Assembly: GCA_043825875.1 (NCBI GenBank)
Contig: JBDRRF010000018.1
Location: 23,761 to 87,760, forward strand
From: Pseudomonadota bacterium
Lineage (GTDB): Bacteria > Desulfobacterota > Desulfobacteria > Desulfobacterales > RPRI01
Reading direction: 5' to 3'
DNA length: 64,000 nucleotides
Numbering within the stretch: the first letter of the stretch is position 1; every line of letters begins with the position of its first letter. A program made the translations under genes and the position numbers. Positions 19,280 through 29,530 of this stretch are shown here, one piece after another. Under the pieces are notes generated by a model. It worked only from the letters and a program-made list of their open reading frames with translations, had not been told where the DNA came from and made no database searches.

Positions 19280-19315
19280 TATTTTAAATTCTACATTTTT
19301 TTAAAAAGGTATTAT

Positions 19316-19930
19316 ATGAAAAAACGATTGGTAATCGGGATATCGGGGGCTACCGGAGCTATTTATGGGATCAGGATGCTTGAGGTGTTAAAGGATTCGG
19401 ATATTGAAACGCATCTTGTTTTATCTAATGCTGCTGAAAAAATAATTCAATTGGAAACGGATTTTTCGGTAGATCATGTAAAGGGGCTGGCACACTATAA
19501 CCATGATATCGATAATGTGGGCGCTTCAATTGCAAGCGGTTCTTTTGATACAATAGGTATGATTGTTGCCCCTTGTTCCATAAAGACACTATCCGGGATT
19601 GCCAATTCCTTCAGCTTAAATCTATTGATCAGAGCTGCGGATGTGACTTTAAAAGAGAGAAGAAAACTTGTTTTAATGCTTGGGGAATCACCTTTTCACA
19701 AAGGGCATTTCAGGTTGATGTCCCAGGCGGTTGATATTGGTGCTATTATCACGCTTTCTGCTGTAAGCTTTTATACAAGACCTGCAACAATCCAGGATAT
19801 AGTAGATCAAAGTGTGGCAAGAACACTGAATATCTTTGATATAAAGATTGATTCCTTTAAACGATGGTCCCAGGCGGATGGAGATAAAGCTATGGACCTT
19901 TTGAAAAAGGAACGGGACCTTCAAAAATGA
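19316..19930 (+). CDS. ubiX: Flavin prenyltransferase
   Basis: GISGATGAIYG, ASGS, PCSIKTL, RAADV.LKERR. Confidence 0.9.
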   Translation: MKKRLVIGISGATGAIYGIRMLEVLKDSDIETHLVLSNAAEKIIQLETDFSVDHVKGLAHYNHDIDNVGASIASGSFDTIGMIVAPCSIKTLSGIANSFSLNLLIRAADVTLKERRKLVLMLGESPFHKGHFRLMSQAVDIGAIITLSAVSFYTRPATIQDIVDQSVARTLNIFDIKIDSFKRWSQADGDKAMDLLKKERDLQK

Positions 19931-20952
19931 GGATGCAAAAATTGCATCGCATACATAAATAATGAAGCAACAAGGGCTGAAGCAGGAATAGTAATAACCC
20001 AAGCCCAGACTATGCGTGCCGCTACCCCCCACTTTACGCTTGAAAGTTTGGAGGTAGATCCTACTCCTACAATTGATCCGGCAATTGTGTGTGTGGTAGA
20101 AACAGGAATGCCCGCATAGGTTGCAAAAAAGAGTGTAAGAGCTCCGGCTGTTTCGGCGCAGAACCCTCCAACAGGTTTTAACTTGGTAATTTTCATACCC
20201 ATTGTTTTAACTATCCGCCAGCCCCCGAATGCAGTACCTATAGCCATTGCAAGGTGACATGACAGTATAATCCAGGCTGTGGAAAAATCACTCAGACTGA
20301 GAGTGACTGTGCTATCCATGGCGCCGGAAGCAACCAGCAGGGCAATAATAATTCCCATGGTTTTCTGGGCGTCATTACCACCATGTCCAAGTGAATAAAG
20401 AGCCGCTGAAAAAAGTTGACCTTTTCTGAATAAATTGTCCACCTGTTTTGGGCGCCATCTCCTGAAAATCCATAATACAAGGAACATAAAAAGCAAACCA
20501 AGCACAAAACCCATAAGAGGTGCTACCGGTATAAAAGTAATTGTAGCAAATAATTTCTCCCATCTCGGCGCAGAAAAGCCGGCATAAGTGATTCCAGCAC
20601 CAGCAAAACCGCCTATAAGAGCATGGGAGGAACTGGTCGGAAGCCCCCACCACCATGTCAGTAAATCCCAGACAATTGCTCCGATAAGACCTGATAGCAC
20701 TACGTATACATAAGCCGGGTCATTAGGATTTATATGAATGATTTTAGAAATGGTATCCGCTACCTTAGGTGCAAAAACAAACATGGCAATAAAATTGAAA
20801 AAGGCCGCCCAAATTACTGCAATTCGTGGAGAAAGAACTCGGGTAGAAACAACGGTGGCTATAGAATTGGCCGCATCGTGAAAACCATTTATTACATCAA
20901 AAACAAGCGCAACAATAACAGTAAATATTACCACATACCATATGGGAGCCAT
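19921..20952 (-). CDS. PiT family inorganic phosphate transporter
   Basis: NGFHDAAN, P.SSSH, HGGNDAQK, PVSTTH. Confidence 0.95.
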   Translation of the reverse strand: MAPIWYVVIFTVIVALVFDVINGFHDAANSIATVVSTRVLSPRIAVIWAAFFNFIAMFVFAPKVADTISKIIHINPNDPAYVYVVLSGLIGAIVWDLLTWWWGLPTSSSHALIGGFAGAGITYAGFSAPRWEKLFATITFIPVAPLMGFVLGLLFMFLVLWIFRRWRPKQVDNLFRKGQLFSAALYSLGHGGNDAQKTMGIIIALLVASGAMDSTVTLSLSDFSTAWIILSCHLAMAIGTAFGGWRIVKTMGMKITKLKPVGGFCAETAGALTLFFATYAGIPVSTTHTIAGSIVGVGSTSKLSSVKWGVAARIVWAWVITIPASALVASLFMYAMQFLHPHF

Positions 20953-20954
20953 AT

Positions 20955-21581
20955 CTAATCTTCCTCTAGTATTACTCCTTCAATCAAATTAGCCACTTCT
21001 TCAGCATAATCTGTAGCACATTCAAGATCCTGTAGTATTTCTTTGTACTTTATAAGCTTAATAGGATCTTTTTCTTCTTTGAATAACCTGGCAAGCCCTT
21101 TGCGCAAAACATCATCACCACTGTTTTCAAGCTTATGAATAATATAACAGTTATTGAGAACAGCCTCCCGTTTTTTAGGCTTATTCAGCATTTTTAATGC
21201 TTGCTGAAGTTCCATAGCGGCTTTTAAAAGTAAAAGTGCTATTTCTTTCATCTCAGGAAGAAATTCAGTTACTTCATATATCAAAATGCGCTCTGCTGCC
21301 GAATCTGTGGCATCCATTATATCATCAAGCTTTTTGATCATGGCGATTATCTCAGAGCGGTCAAAAGGTGTAATAAATGTTTTACGCAAAGCGCTATAGC
21401 ATTCGTGAGTTACATTATCTGATTGATGTTCTATTTCTTTAATCCGTTCTACCCGTTCTTCAATATTATCAGCCTTTGTTACAAGCTCTAAAAATTCTTC
21501 GACTCCTTTTATGGTAAGAGCTATTTGCCGCTCGAAAAATTCAAAAAACCCCGTTTCTTTTGGTAAAAATCGTTTTAGCAT
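20955..21581 (-). CDS. DUF47 / PhoU-like phosphate transport regulator
   Basis: EHQSD, TFITPFDR, LE.ATD; coupled to PiT. Confidence 0.9.
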   Translation of the reverse strand: MLKRFLPKETGFFEFFERQIALTIKGVEEFLELVTKADNIEERVERIKEIEHQSDNVTHECYSALRKTFITPFDRSEIIAMIKKLDDIMDATDSAAERILIYEVTEFLPEMKEIALLLLKAAMELQQALKMLNKPKKREAVLNNCYIIHKLENSGDDVLRKGLARLFKEEKDPIKLIKYKEILQDLECATDYAEEVANLIEGVILEED

Positions 21582-21763
21582 AATCTCTCCCTGAGACCTT
21601 TGCATAAAATTTATCTAAAGTTATTGAAATCTAAACCAACACTTTGTTTGCAGCAAAAATCGGCTTTTGTTTTAATTGCGAAAAACTACAAAAATCTGAA
21701 CGCTTCTATCATAATGAATAAATTTAGACAAGATTTTGTAACAATAAAAAGCAGGCTATATTT

Positions 21764-21895
21764 GATGAATTCATAAAAACACCTCAAGTCGTCATACCGG
21801 CGAAAACCGGTATCCAGAACCTATTGAAATTACTGGATGCCGGATCGGGTTCGGCGTGACGAAACAGGAATCCCCAGACTTTTTACGAGCCTATC
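21764..21895. mobile_element. MITE family C carrying a CGTC-type REP doublet
   Basis: Ends GATGAATTCATAAAAA / TTTTTACGAGCCTATC; ATATTT duplicated at 21758-21763 and 21896-21901; internal CGTCATACCGG..CCGGTATCCA...TGGATGCCGG..CGGCGTGACG. Confidence 0.7.
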
Positions 21896-21954
21896 ATATT
21901 TGAATTAAGGCAAAATAATTATTAATTTTCTTGCCTTGCTGTCGATAATTATTC

Positions 21955-22070
21955 TTGACAAAGCAAAAAAATTGATTATATTAAGCCAAAATTTGAGGGG
22001 CTTTAGAGTCCTTCGATACAATTTAGTAGCTTGATAAAAGGCCTAAAGTGTTTAAATAGGTCTTTTTTTT
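21955..22070 (+). promoter_or_regulatory. Sigma70-like promoter and structured leader with terminator before the PxxKW gene
   Basis: TTGACA-N16-TATATT; hairpin 21993-22016; terminator 22036-22070. Confidence 0.5.
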
Positions 22071-22102
22071 GCTTTTATATTTCGTAAAAGGTGGTGATAA
22101 GA

Positions 22103-22381
22103 ATGGTTTGTACAACAATAAAAAACGGTAGGGAATGTCCATTTATGGCAGCTAAAGGTTGTTCATATAACGGCGGATCATGCCATGAAATAATTGAACA
22201 ATGCAAAGGTTGTGGTAAAAGCATCGAAACCTCTTCAGGTTGGTATTGCGCTTCCTATCCGGAACCTTCCTTAAAGTGGAAAAACGGGAATTGTAATTTT
22301 GCAACTCATATTGCAAGTGCTGCAGCAGCAAAAACAAAAGTTAATCCTATTAAGGCATCCAAACGGGGAAACAATAGATAA
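22103..22381 (+). CDS. PxxKW family cysteine-rich protein
   Basis: PSLKW, many Cys, C-terminal NPIKASKR. Confidence 0.9.
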   Translation: MVCTTIKNGRECPFMAAKGCSYNGGSCHEIIEQCKGCGKSIETSSGWYCASYPEPSLKWKNGNCNFATHIASAAAAKTKVNPIKASKRGNNR

Positions 22382-22416
22382 TATAACGGCTTCGTATAAA
22401 GCTTATTTTTAGATTT

Positions 22417-22989
22417 TTACGAAGCCGCTTTTATTTCTTCATAGCGAAAACAGTCTGTTGTATGGTCATTAACCATACCTGTTGCCTGCATAAACGCGTA
22501 ACATATTGTTGGTCCTATAAAAGTAAAGCCTCTTTTTTTCAGATCACGGCTCAATATAATTGATTCTTTTGAAAAGCCCGGAATCTGGGAATGCGTTTCC
22601 CATGAATTTATTATCTGTTTTCCTCCAACAAAATTCCAAATATAAGCATCAAAACTGCCGAATTCTTTTTTTACAGATAAAAATGCTTTTGAATTATTAA
22701 CAGCCGATTCTATTTTCAGTCTGTTCCTTATTATACCTTTATTTAGAAGAAGTGATCCTATCTTATTTGAATCATAGGCAGAAATTATTACTGGTTCAAA
22801 ATTGTAAAACGCCTTTTTGTAATTATCTCTTTTTTTTAAAATTGTAATCCAGTTCAAACCGGCCTGTGCCCCTTCAAGAACTAGAAATTCAAAGAGAATG
22901 CGGTCGTCGTGAACTTCAACGCCCCACTCGTTATCATGATAGTCAATATATACAGGATCAGAGCCTGCCCATTTACATCTTATTTTCAT
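22417..22989 (-). CDS. tag: DNA-3-methyladenine glycosylase I
   Basis: RC.W, YHD.EWG, LEGAQAGL.W, NDH...C. Confidence 0.95.
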   Translation of the reverse strand: MKIRCKWAGSDPVYIDYHDNEWGVEVHDDRILFEFLVLEGAQAGLNWITILKKRDNYKKAFYNFEPVIISAYDSNKIGSLLLNKGIIRNRLKIESAVNNSKAFLSVKKEFGSFDAYIWNFVGGKQIINSWETHSQIPGFSKESIILSRDLKKRGFTFIGPTICYAFMQATGMVNDHTTDCFRYEEIKAAS

Positions 22990-23116
22990 TTCTTTAGCTT
23001 TTCAACATGGTTGATGTATAAATATTCTTCAATTGACAGAACTAGTTGATTATAGCAATTAACAATATACTATTCTTACCATTTAAAAAAATATAATTAT
23101 TAAGGAATCATTTAAT

Positions 23117-24172
23117 TTGAAACATCTTAATTATAAAAATTTTTCAGACTGGCATGATCTTTTGCATAACAGCATAACAAAGCCAGAAGAGCTTATAGAA
23201 ATATTGCCGGTTGAAACAAGTAATATAGAAAAAATAATAAAAACATACCCAATGCGCATAAATCCTTATTATCTTTCTTTAATCAAACATGCAAATTGCC
23301 CTATAGGCAAACAGGCTATTCCGGATCTGAAAGAAATCGAAGATTTTAATACTATTACTGATCCCGACCCGCTTTGTGAGGAAATCCAGTCTCCGGTACC
23401 GAACTTGATTCATCGTTATCCCGACAGAGTACTTTTTATGGTTTCTGCCGAATGTGCAATGTATTGCCGTTTTTGTATGAGAAAAAGAAAAGTCGGACAC
23501 TCTTTAACAATAACGGATGAAACAATAAATGCAGGCATAGAATATATCAAAAAAACTAAAACTATACGGGAAGTTGTGATTTCAGGTGGCGACCCCTTGC
23601 TTTTGGAAGACAAAACGTTAGGCAATATTTTAAAAGATTTAAGAGCAATCGGCCATATTGAAATACTGCGGATTCACACAAGAATTCCATGCACGCTTCC
23701 TCAAAGGATTACAAAAGATCTTGCGGATATGTTACGCTGCTATCATCCTCTTTTTATAAATGTCCATTTTAATCATCCGGATGAAATAACAAAAGAAGCC
23801 GCTCTTGCATGTGCTACTCTTGCTGATGCCGGAATCCCGCTTGGCTGCCAGACAGTGCTTTTAAGAGGTATTAACAACGATGTGGATACAATGAAGGCTC
23901 TGATGGAAAAGCTCGTTATGATAAGGGTTAAGCCATACTATATGCATCAACTGGATACGGTAAGAGGAACCCTTCATTTTAAAACAACAATTGAAGATGG
24001 GCTGAATATAATGCAATCTCTTTATGGATTATCCGGCCTTTGTGTCCCGCAATATATGAAAGATCTTCCGGGAGGAGGAGGGAAAATACCTATGTTGCCG
24101 AGATATTTAAAAACTGTTTCGGGCGATATGCTAAAACTTGCACACTTTAAAGACAGTAGTATTGTTGACTAA
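23117..24172 (+). CDS. KamA-family radical SAM protein (lysine 2,3-aminomutase-like), TTG start
   Basis: HRYPDRVL, CAMYCRFC, SGGDP, GGGGK. Confidence 0.9.
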   Translation: MKHLNYKNFSDWHDLLHNSITKPEELIEILPVETSNIEKIIKTYPMRINPYYLSLIKHANCPIGKQAIPDLKEIEDFNTITDPDPLCEEIQSPVPNLIHRYPDRVLFMVSAECAMYCRFCMRKRKVGHSLTITDETINAGIEYIKKTKTIREVVISGGDPLLLEDKTLGNILKDLRAIGHIEILRIHTRIPCTLPQRITKDLADMLRCYHPLFINVHFNHPDEITKEAALACATLADAGIPLGCQTVLLRGINNDVDTMKALMEKLVMIRVKPYYMHQLDTVRGTLHFKTTIEDGLNIMQSLYGLSGLCVPQYMKDLPGGGGKIPMLPRYLKTVSGDMLKLAHFKDSSIVD

Positions 24173-24235
24173 TTATAAAGAGTATATTAAATATTTCTAA
24201 ATTTATTATAATCATTTCCAAATTGGTAAAATCAT

Positions 24236-25063
24236 ATGATAACATCAGGTAAAATAGCAAAAAAAACCGCTGCGTTTTTAAGAAAATATATCAAAAATAT
24301 CCCTAAAATAGCTATTCTTTCCGGTACCGGTTTAAGTGAAAGCATGCAAGCAATGGATATTTCTTATTCCTGCCGGTATGAGGATATCCCTAATTTCCCG
24401 GTTTCTACGGTTGAAAGCCATATAAGCAAGCTTCTTGTTGGAAAATTTGAAGAACATGAAGTTATAGTCCTGCAGGGGCGTTTTCATCTCTACGAAGGTT
24501 ACTCGCCTCTTGAGGTTACTTTTCCCATAAGGGTTATGCAGGAACTTGGGATAAAATTTCTGATTTTAACAAACGCCGCAGGGGGTCTTAATACATCATT
24601 TTCTTCCGGGGATATAATGCTAATAACAGATCATATAAACCTGACCGGCTATAATCCGCTTGTTGGTTCTAATGACGATAGCCTGGGTGTCAGGTTTCCT
24701 GATATGAGTGCAGTATATGATAAAAAATTAATTGAATCCGCTTTAAATGCAGCAAAAGAAGAAAACCTGTCTTTGAAGAAAGGAGTTTATGCCGGACTTT
24801 TGGGACCTTCCCTTGAAACTCCCGCAGAAGTCCGGTTTTTAAAAACAATAGGCGCCGATGCAGTTGGCTTTTCCACCGTGCAGGAAGTAATTGCCGGTGT
24901 TCATGCCGGTATGAGGATTCTCGGTCTTTCGGCAATAACCAATGTTCATAACCCTGATAACCCTTCACCTTCTTCAATTGATGAAATCATTGAAACAGCA
25001 AGAAACATAACTCCCAAAATAGGAGTAATAATAAGAAAGGTTATAAGAGATATTAATGAATGA
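24236..25063 (+). CDS. Purine-nucleoside phosphorylase (trimeric type)
   Basis: QGRFHLYEG, TNAAGG, DHIN, GPSLETPAE. Confidence 0.92.
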   Translation: MITSGKIAKKTAAFLRKYIKNIPKIAILSGTGLSESMQAMDISYSCRYEDIPNFPVSTVESHISKLLVGKFEEHEVIVLQGRFHLYEGYSPLEVTFPIRVMQELGIKFLILTNAAGGLNTSFSSGDIMLITDHINLTGYNPLVGSNDDSLGVRFPDMSAVYDKKLIESALNAAKEENLSLKKGVYAGLLGPSLETPAEVRFLKTIGADAVGFSTVQEVIAGVHAGMRILGLSAITNVHNPDNPSPSSIDEIIETARNITPKIGVIIRKVIRDINE

Positions 25064-26366
25064 GCTTTCTGCGGATATTCTGATATTAAACGGTACTCTT
25101 ATTTTAATGGACCGTGATAATACCGTAATAGAAAATGGCGCTGTGGCTGTGAAAAAAGATATCATAACAGCAACAGGCAAAGCCGAGGAGCTCTCTCCAT
25201 ATAAGGCAGCAAAAATAATAGACGCAAATGGCGGCATAATTATGCCTGGACTTATAAATGCGCATACCCATGCGTCAATGGCTATATTCAGGGGCCTTGC
25301 AGATGATCTGCCTCTTATGGACTGGCTAAATGACCATATTTTTCCGGCAGAATCGAAGCTCACTCCGGAAAGAGTTTATGACGGCGCCCTTCTTGCCTGT
25401 GCTGAAATGATTCAATCAGGAATAACATGCTTTTGCGACATGTATCTTTTTGAAGACCATGTTGCAAAAGCTGCTTCTGATGCGGGTATACGTGCGGTAG
25501 TTGGTGAAGTGCTTTATGATTTTCCTTCGCCAAATTACGGGCCTATAGAAAAAGGCTTTTTATATACTCAAATGCTTATCGAAAAGTATCATAATGATCC
25601 TTTGATAAAGATTGCCGTTGAGCCTCATTCCACATATCTTTGCGCACCTGAACTTCTTAAAAATGCAGCTTTGCTTGCTAAAAAAAATGATCTTTTACTG
25701 GTTATTCATGTTGCAGAAACTGAAAGTGAAATCTTGCAAATAAAAGAGAAATACGGGCTTACGCCTGTAGGATTCTTAGAAGATATCGGAGTATTGTCTT
25801 CAAACCTTCTTGCCTGCCACTGTGTTCATTTGACCGATAATGACATTTCGCTTTTAAAAAAATATGATGTAAAAATTGCCCATAATCCTGAAAGCAACAT
25901 GAAACTTGCTTCAGGTATTGCTCCTGTTCCAAAATTATTGGAACAGGTAATATGCGTGGGCATCGGAACAGACGGTTGTGCAAGCAATAACAATCTTGAT
26001 ATTTTCCATGAAATGAGTATGGCTGCAAAACTTGGTAAAGTCAGCACTCTCGATCCCACTGCAATGAACGCCGAATCGGTTTTGGAAATGGCAACCATAG
26101 ATGGAGCAAGGGCTCTTGGCATATCTGATATAACCGGTTCCATCGAAGTAGGTAAAAAGGCCGATGTAATAATCATTGATACAAAAAAGCCTCATCTCAC
26201 TCCCATGTATAATCCGGTATCTGTTCTTGTACATGCCGTAAGAGCAAGTGATGTAAAAACATCTATTATAAACGGCAAAGTAGTTATGGAAAACGGAAAG
26301 CTTCTCACATTAGATATTAAAAAAGCAGCAGAAAAAGTCAGAAACATTGCGCTGGATATGATTTGA
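25056..26366 (+). CDS. MTA/SAH/5'-deoxyadenosine deaminase-like amidohydrolase 1
   Basis: NAHTH, RG.ADD, HVAE, SNMKLASG, GTDG.ASNN. Confidence 0.85.
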   Translation: MNELSADILILNGTLILMDRDNTVIENGAVAVKKDIITATGKAEELSPYKAAKIIDANGGIIMPGLINAHTHASMAIFRGLADDLPLMDWLNDHIFPAESKLTPERVYDGALLACAEMIQSGITCFCDMYLFEDHVAKAASDAGIRAVVGEVLYDFPSPNYGPIEKGFLYTQMLIEKYHNDPLIKIAVEPHSTYLCAPELLKNAALLAKKNDLLLVIHVAETESEILQIKEKYGLTPVGFLEDIGVLSSNLLACHCVHLTDNDISLLKKYDVKIAHNPESNMKLASGIAPVPKLLEQVICVGIGTDGCASNNNLDIFHEMSMAAKLGKVSTLDPTAMNAESVLEMATIDGARALGISDITGSIEVGKKADVIIIDTKKPHLTPMYNPVSVLVHAVRASDVKTSIINGKVVMENGKLLTLDIKKAAEKVRNIALDMI

Positions 26367-26368
26367 TC

Positions 26369-27697
26369 ATGAAATACGATATTATAATTCATAATGGAAT
26401 AATCGTAACGGTTAATGAAGATTTTGATATTATAAAAGACGGCATTGTCTTTATTAATGACGGCAAGATAGTAGAAGTATCATCAAAACCCTTAAACAAC
26501 CCCCTTCTGGAAGCAAAAGAAATAATTGATGCGGCAGGCGGGATAATAATGCCTGGGCTGGTAAATACTCACACACATCTTCCGATGACTATCTTAAGAG
26601 GTATAGGCGATGACCTTTTGCTTTCCGAATGGCTCAATAATTATATTTTCCCTTTAGAAGCAAAGTATATGAATCCCGAAACTGTAAGGGTTGCTTCTTA
26701 TCTTGGATGTGCCGAAATGCTGCTTTCGGGCACTACAAGTTGCTGTGACGGATATTTTTTTGAGGAAGAAGTTGCACAAGCCGTGCTTGAATCCGGGATG
26801 CGCGCTGTTTTAGGGCATGGCGTGATTGATTTTGCCGCACCAGGAGTTTTGGATCCGGCAAACAATATAAAAACAGCTCTGAATTTTGTGCAAAAATGGC
26901 AAAACGTATCTTCATTGATTACACCCTCAATTTTTTGCCATTCACCTTACACATGTTCGGAAGAGACACTTAAAAAAGCAAAACAGATTGCTTCATCTCG
27001 CAAATTACTTTTTCAGATTCATGTGGCTGAAACCAAAGATGAATTTGATACGATCATGGCAAAGCATTCGGTTTCACCTGTAAAGTATCTTGAACAAACA
27101 GGGATTCTTGATAAAAACACACTTCTTGTTCATGCTGTTTGGATTGATGAAAAGGATATAAAGATTATATCAAAGCATAACTCAAAAATTTCCCATAATC
27201 CCCAGAGCAATATGAAACTTGCATCCGGAATATCACCTGTGCCGAAAATTTTGAATGAAAAAATTACAGTCGGGCTTGGAACTGACGGTTGTGCAAGCAA
27301 TAATGACCCGGATATGTTTAAAGAGATGGATGTTGCAGCAAAGCTGCATAAGGTTAATGTCCTTGATCCAACAGTTATGGATGCCGAAACCGTAGTTAAA
27401 ATGGCAACAATTAAAGGCGCAGAAGCTATAGGAATTGGCAATGAAACCGGAAGTATTGAAAAAGGGAAACAGGCTGATATCATCATAATAGATACTGATT
27501 CTCCGCATTTAATCCCGATGTATCACCCTGTTTCTCACATAGTATATTCGGCAACAGGCTCGGATGTCAGAGATGTTCTTGTTTCCGGGAAAGTGGTAGT
27601 AAGGAATAAAAAGCTTTTAACCCTGGATATAGAAGATATTATGGATAAAATAAATCTTCTTGCCTCCAAGATAAAAAAAGATCCGATAATGATATGA
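26369..27697 (+). CDS. MTA/SAH/5'-deoxyadenosine deaminase-like amidohydrolase 2
   Basis: Tandem paralogue with the same motifs. Confidence 0.85.
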   Translation: MKYDIIIHNGIIVTVNEDFDIIKDGIVFINDGKIVEVSSKPLNNPLLEAKEIIDAAGGIIMPGLVNTHTHLPMTILRGIGDDLLLSEWLNNYIFPLEAKYMNPETVRVASYLGCAEMLLSGTTSCCDGYFFEEEVAQAVLESGMRAVLGHGVIDFAAPGVLDPANNIKTALNFVQKWQNVSSLITPSIFCHSPYTCSEETLKKAKQIASSRKLLFQIHVAETKDEFDTIMAKHSVSPVKYLEQTGILDKNTLLVHAVWIDEKDIKIISKHNSKISHNPQSNMKLASGISPVPKILNEKITVGLGTDGCASNNDPDMFKEMDVAAKLHKVNVLDPTVMDAETVVKMATIKGAEAIGIGNETGSIEKGKQADIIIIDTDSPHLIPMYHPVSHIVYSATGSDVRDVLVSGKVVVRNKKLLTLDIEDIMDKINLLASKIKKDPIMI

Positions 27698-29406
27698 ATC
27701 TTGGCTTAAAAATAAAAGCTTCCTTTGGAGATTTAGAAGCAGACATTCTTTTTACAAATGCCCGCATCATAAATGTGTTTTCAGGCGAAATCATGCCTGA
27801 AAATTTTGCTGTTACCGGGGGCTTTTTTTCAGGTTTTGGATCTTACAAAGCAAAAAAAATTGTTGATCTTAAAAACAGCTTTGTTGCACCTGGTTTTATT
27901 GACGCTCACGTTCATATAGAAAGTTCCATGGCCTGTATAACGGAATTTGCAAGAGCGGTTTTTCCCAGAGGCACTACCTGTGTTATTGCAGACCCGCACG
28001 AGATTGCAAATGTTTTGGGAAAAGCGGGAATTGATTATATGATCGAATCAAGCAGGAATCAGCCGATTGATATATACTTTTCCTTACCTTCTTGTGTTCC
28101 GGCAAGTGATATGGAAACTTCAGGCGCAAAACTTACTGCTAATGATCTTTTTCCCTATATGAATAACGAACGCATTGTATCACTTGCCGAAGTGATGAAC
28201 TTTCCAGGTGTTATTTACGGCGATCAGGATATTCTTGCTAAAATAGAGCTTTCAAAAAAATATAAAAAACCTATCGATGGGCATGCTCCATGTTTATTCG
28301 GTAAAAACCTTTATGCGTATTTAGCGGCAGGTATTTCAAGCGACCATGAATGCACAACAATTGCAGAAGCAAAAGAAAAGTTGTCGGCCGGAATGCATAT
28401 AATGGTAAGAGAAGGTACTGCTGCTAAAAATCTTACCGTTTTGCTTCCTCTTATAAATGGAAAGAATTTTCATCGGATTATGTGGTGTACCGATGACCGC
28501 CACCCCGGCGATATTATCAATAGAGGTCATATAGATTCAATGGTACAAGAAGCCGTAAGATACGGAATTGATCCTATTACTGCAATACGGATGGCAACTA
28601 TAAACCCTGCGAACTATTTCGGTCTTTATGAAAAAGGCGCTATCGCTCCGGGAAGGCATGCCGATTTTGTTGTATTTAATGATTTGAATAATCCTGTAAT
28701 AGAAAAGGTATATTCAAAAGGAATACTTTTGGCACAAAACGGTGTAATAGAAAATAAGGTTAGAAAGCCTGAACCGGTTTTACTGCCTTCTGCAATGAAT
28801 GTTGAAATAAGCGATATTGATTTTTCCATTTCTTATAAATCTGAAAAAATAAAAGTAATAGAAATTATACCGGATCAGATTATAACACGCCATATTGTTT
28901 CAAAAGCAAAAATTGTAAACGGTATGGCTGTTTCCGATATATCAAATGATATTTTAAAAATCTGTGTTATTGAAAGGCACAAAGGCACAAGTAATATCGG
29001 CAAAGGTTTTGTTAAAGGCCTGGGCTTTATAAAAGGGGCCATTGCATCAAGCGTTGCCCATGATTCCCACAATATAATTGTTGCAGGAACAAATGATGAA
29101 GATATGAAAGTCGCAGCGAAAGCGGTTATTCAAATGGGCGGTGGCCTATCGGCAGCATGTGACGGAAATGTTTGCGCAACGCTTTGTCTTCCTATTGCCG
29201 GCCTGATGTCGAATGAAACCGTTTGTGATATTGACAGAGATATGAAACATCTTGTTTCAATTACTCAATCTTTCGGCTCATTACTTGCCGATCCGTTTAT
29301 GGCTCTCTCATTTCTCGCCCTTCCCGTAATTCCTGAACTTAAAATTACCGATAAAGGGCTTGTTGATGTTGATAAGTTTTGTATAGTACCGCTTTTTGAA
29401 TCGTAA
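27694..29406 (+). CDS. ade: Adenine deaminase
   Basis: DAHVHIESS, DPHEIAN, DGHAP, SDHE, TDD, AHDSHN. Confidence 0.95.
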   Translation: MNLGLKIKASFGDLEADILFTNARIINVFSGEIMPENFAVTGGFFSGFGSYKAKKIVDLKNSFVAPGFIDAHVHIESSMACITEFARAVFPRGTTCVIADPHEIANVLGKAGIDYMIESSRNQPIDIYFSLPSCVPASDMETSGAKLTANDLFPYMNNERIVSLAEVMNFPGVIYGDQDILAKIELSKKYKKPIDGHAPCLFGKNLYAYLAAGISSDHECTTIAEAKEKLSAGMHIMVREGTAAKNLTVLLPLINGKNFHRIMWCTDDRHPGDIINRGHIDSMVQEAVRYGIDPITAIRMATINPANYFGLYEKGAIAPGRHADFVVFNDLNNPVIEKVYSKGILLAQNGVIENKVRKPEPVLLPSAMNVEISDIDFSISYKSEKIKVIEIIPDQIITRHIVSKAKIVNGMAVSDISNDILKICVIERHKGTSNIGKGFVKGLGFIKGAIASSVAHDSHNIIVAGTNDEDMKVAAKAVIQMGGGLSAACDGNVCATLCLPIAGLMSNETVCDIDRDMKHLVSITQSFGSLLADPFMALSFLALPVIPELKITDKGLVDVDKFCIVPLFES

Positions 29407-29463
29407 GAACAAATATTTTTTTAGGAGAAGAATTAAATACTTATTGCAAGACTCAAGTTGTTC

Positions 29464-29496
29464 TTGAACCCTCGAACCCTTGACTCATTGAACCCT
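29464..29496. repeat. Degenerate octamer tandem repeat, same family as 15944-16034
   Basis: TTGAACCC TCGAACCC TTGACTCA TTGAACCC. Confidence 0.6.
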
Positions 29497-29530
29497 AATA
29501 TTTTGTACAAAAAAACAGAAAGAAAAACAA

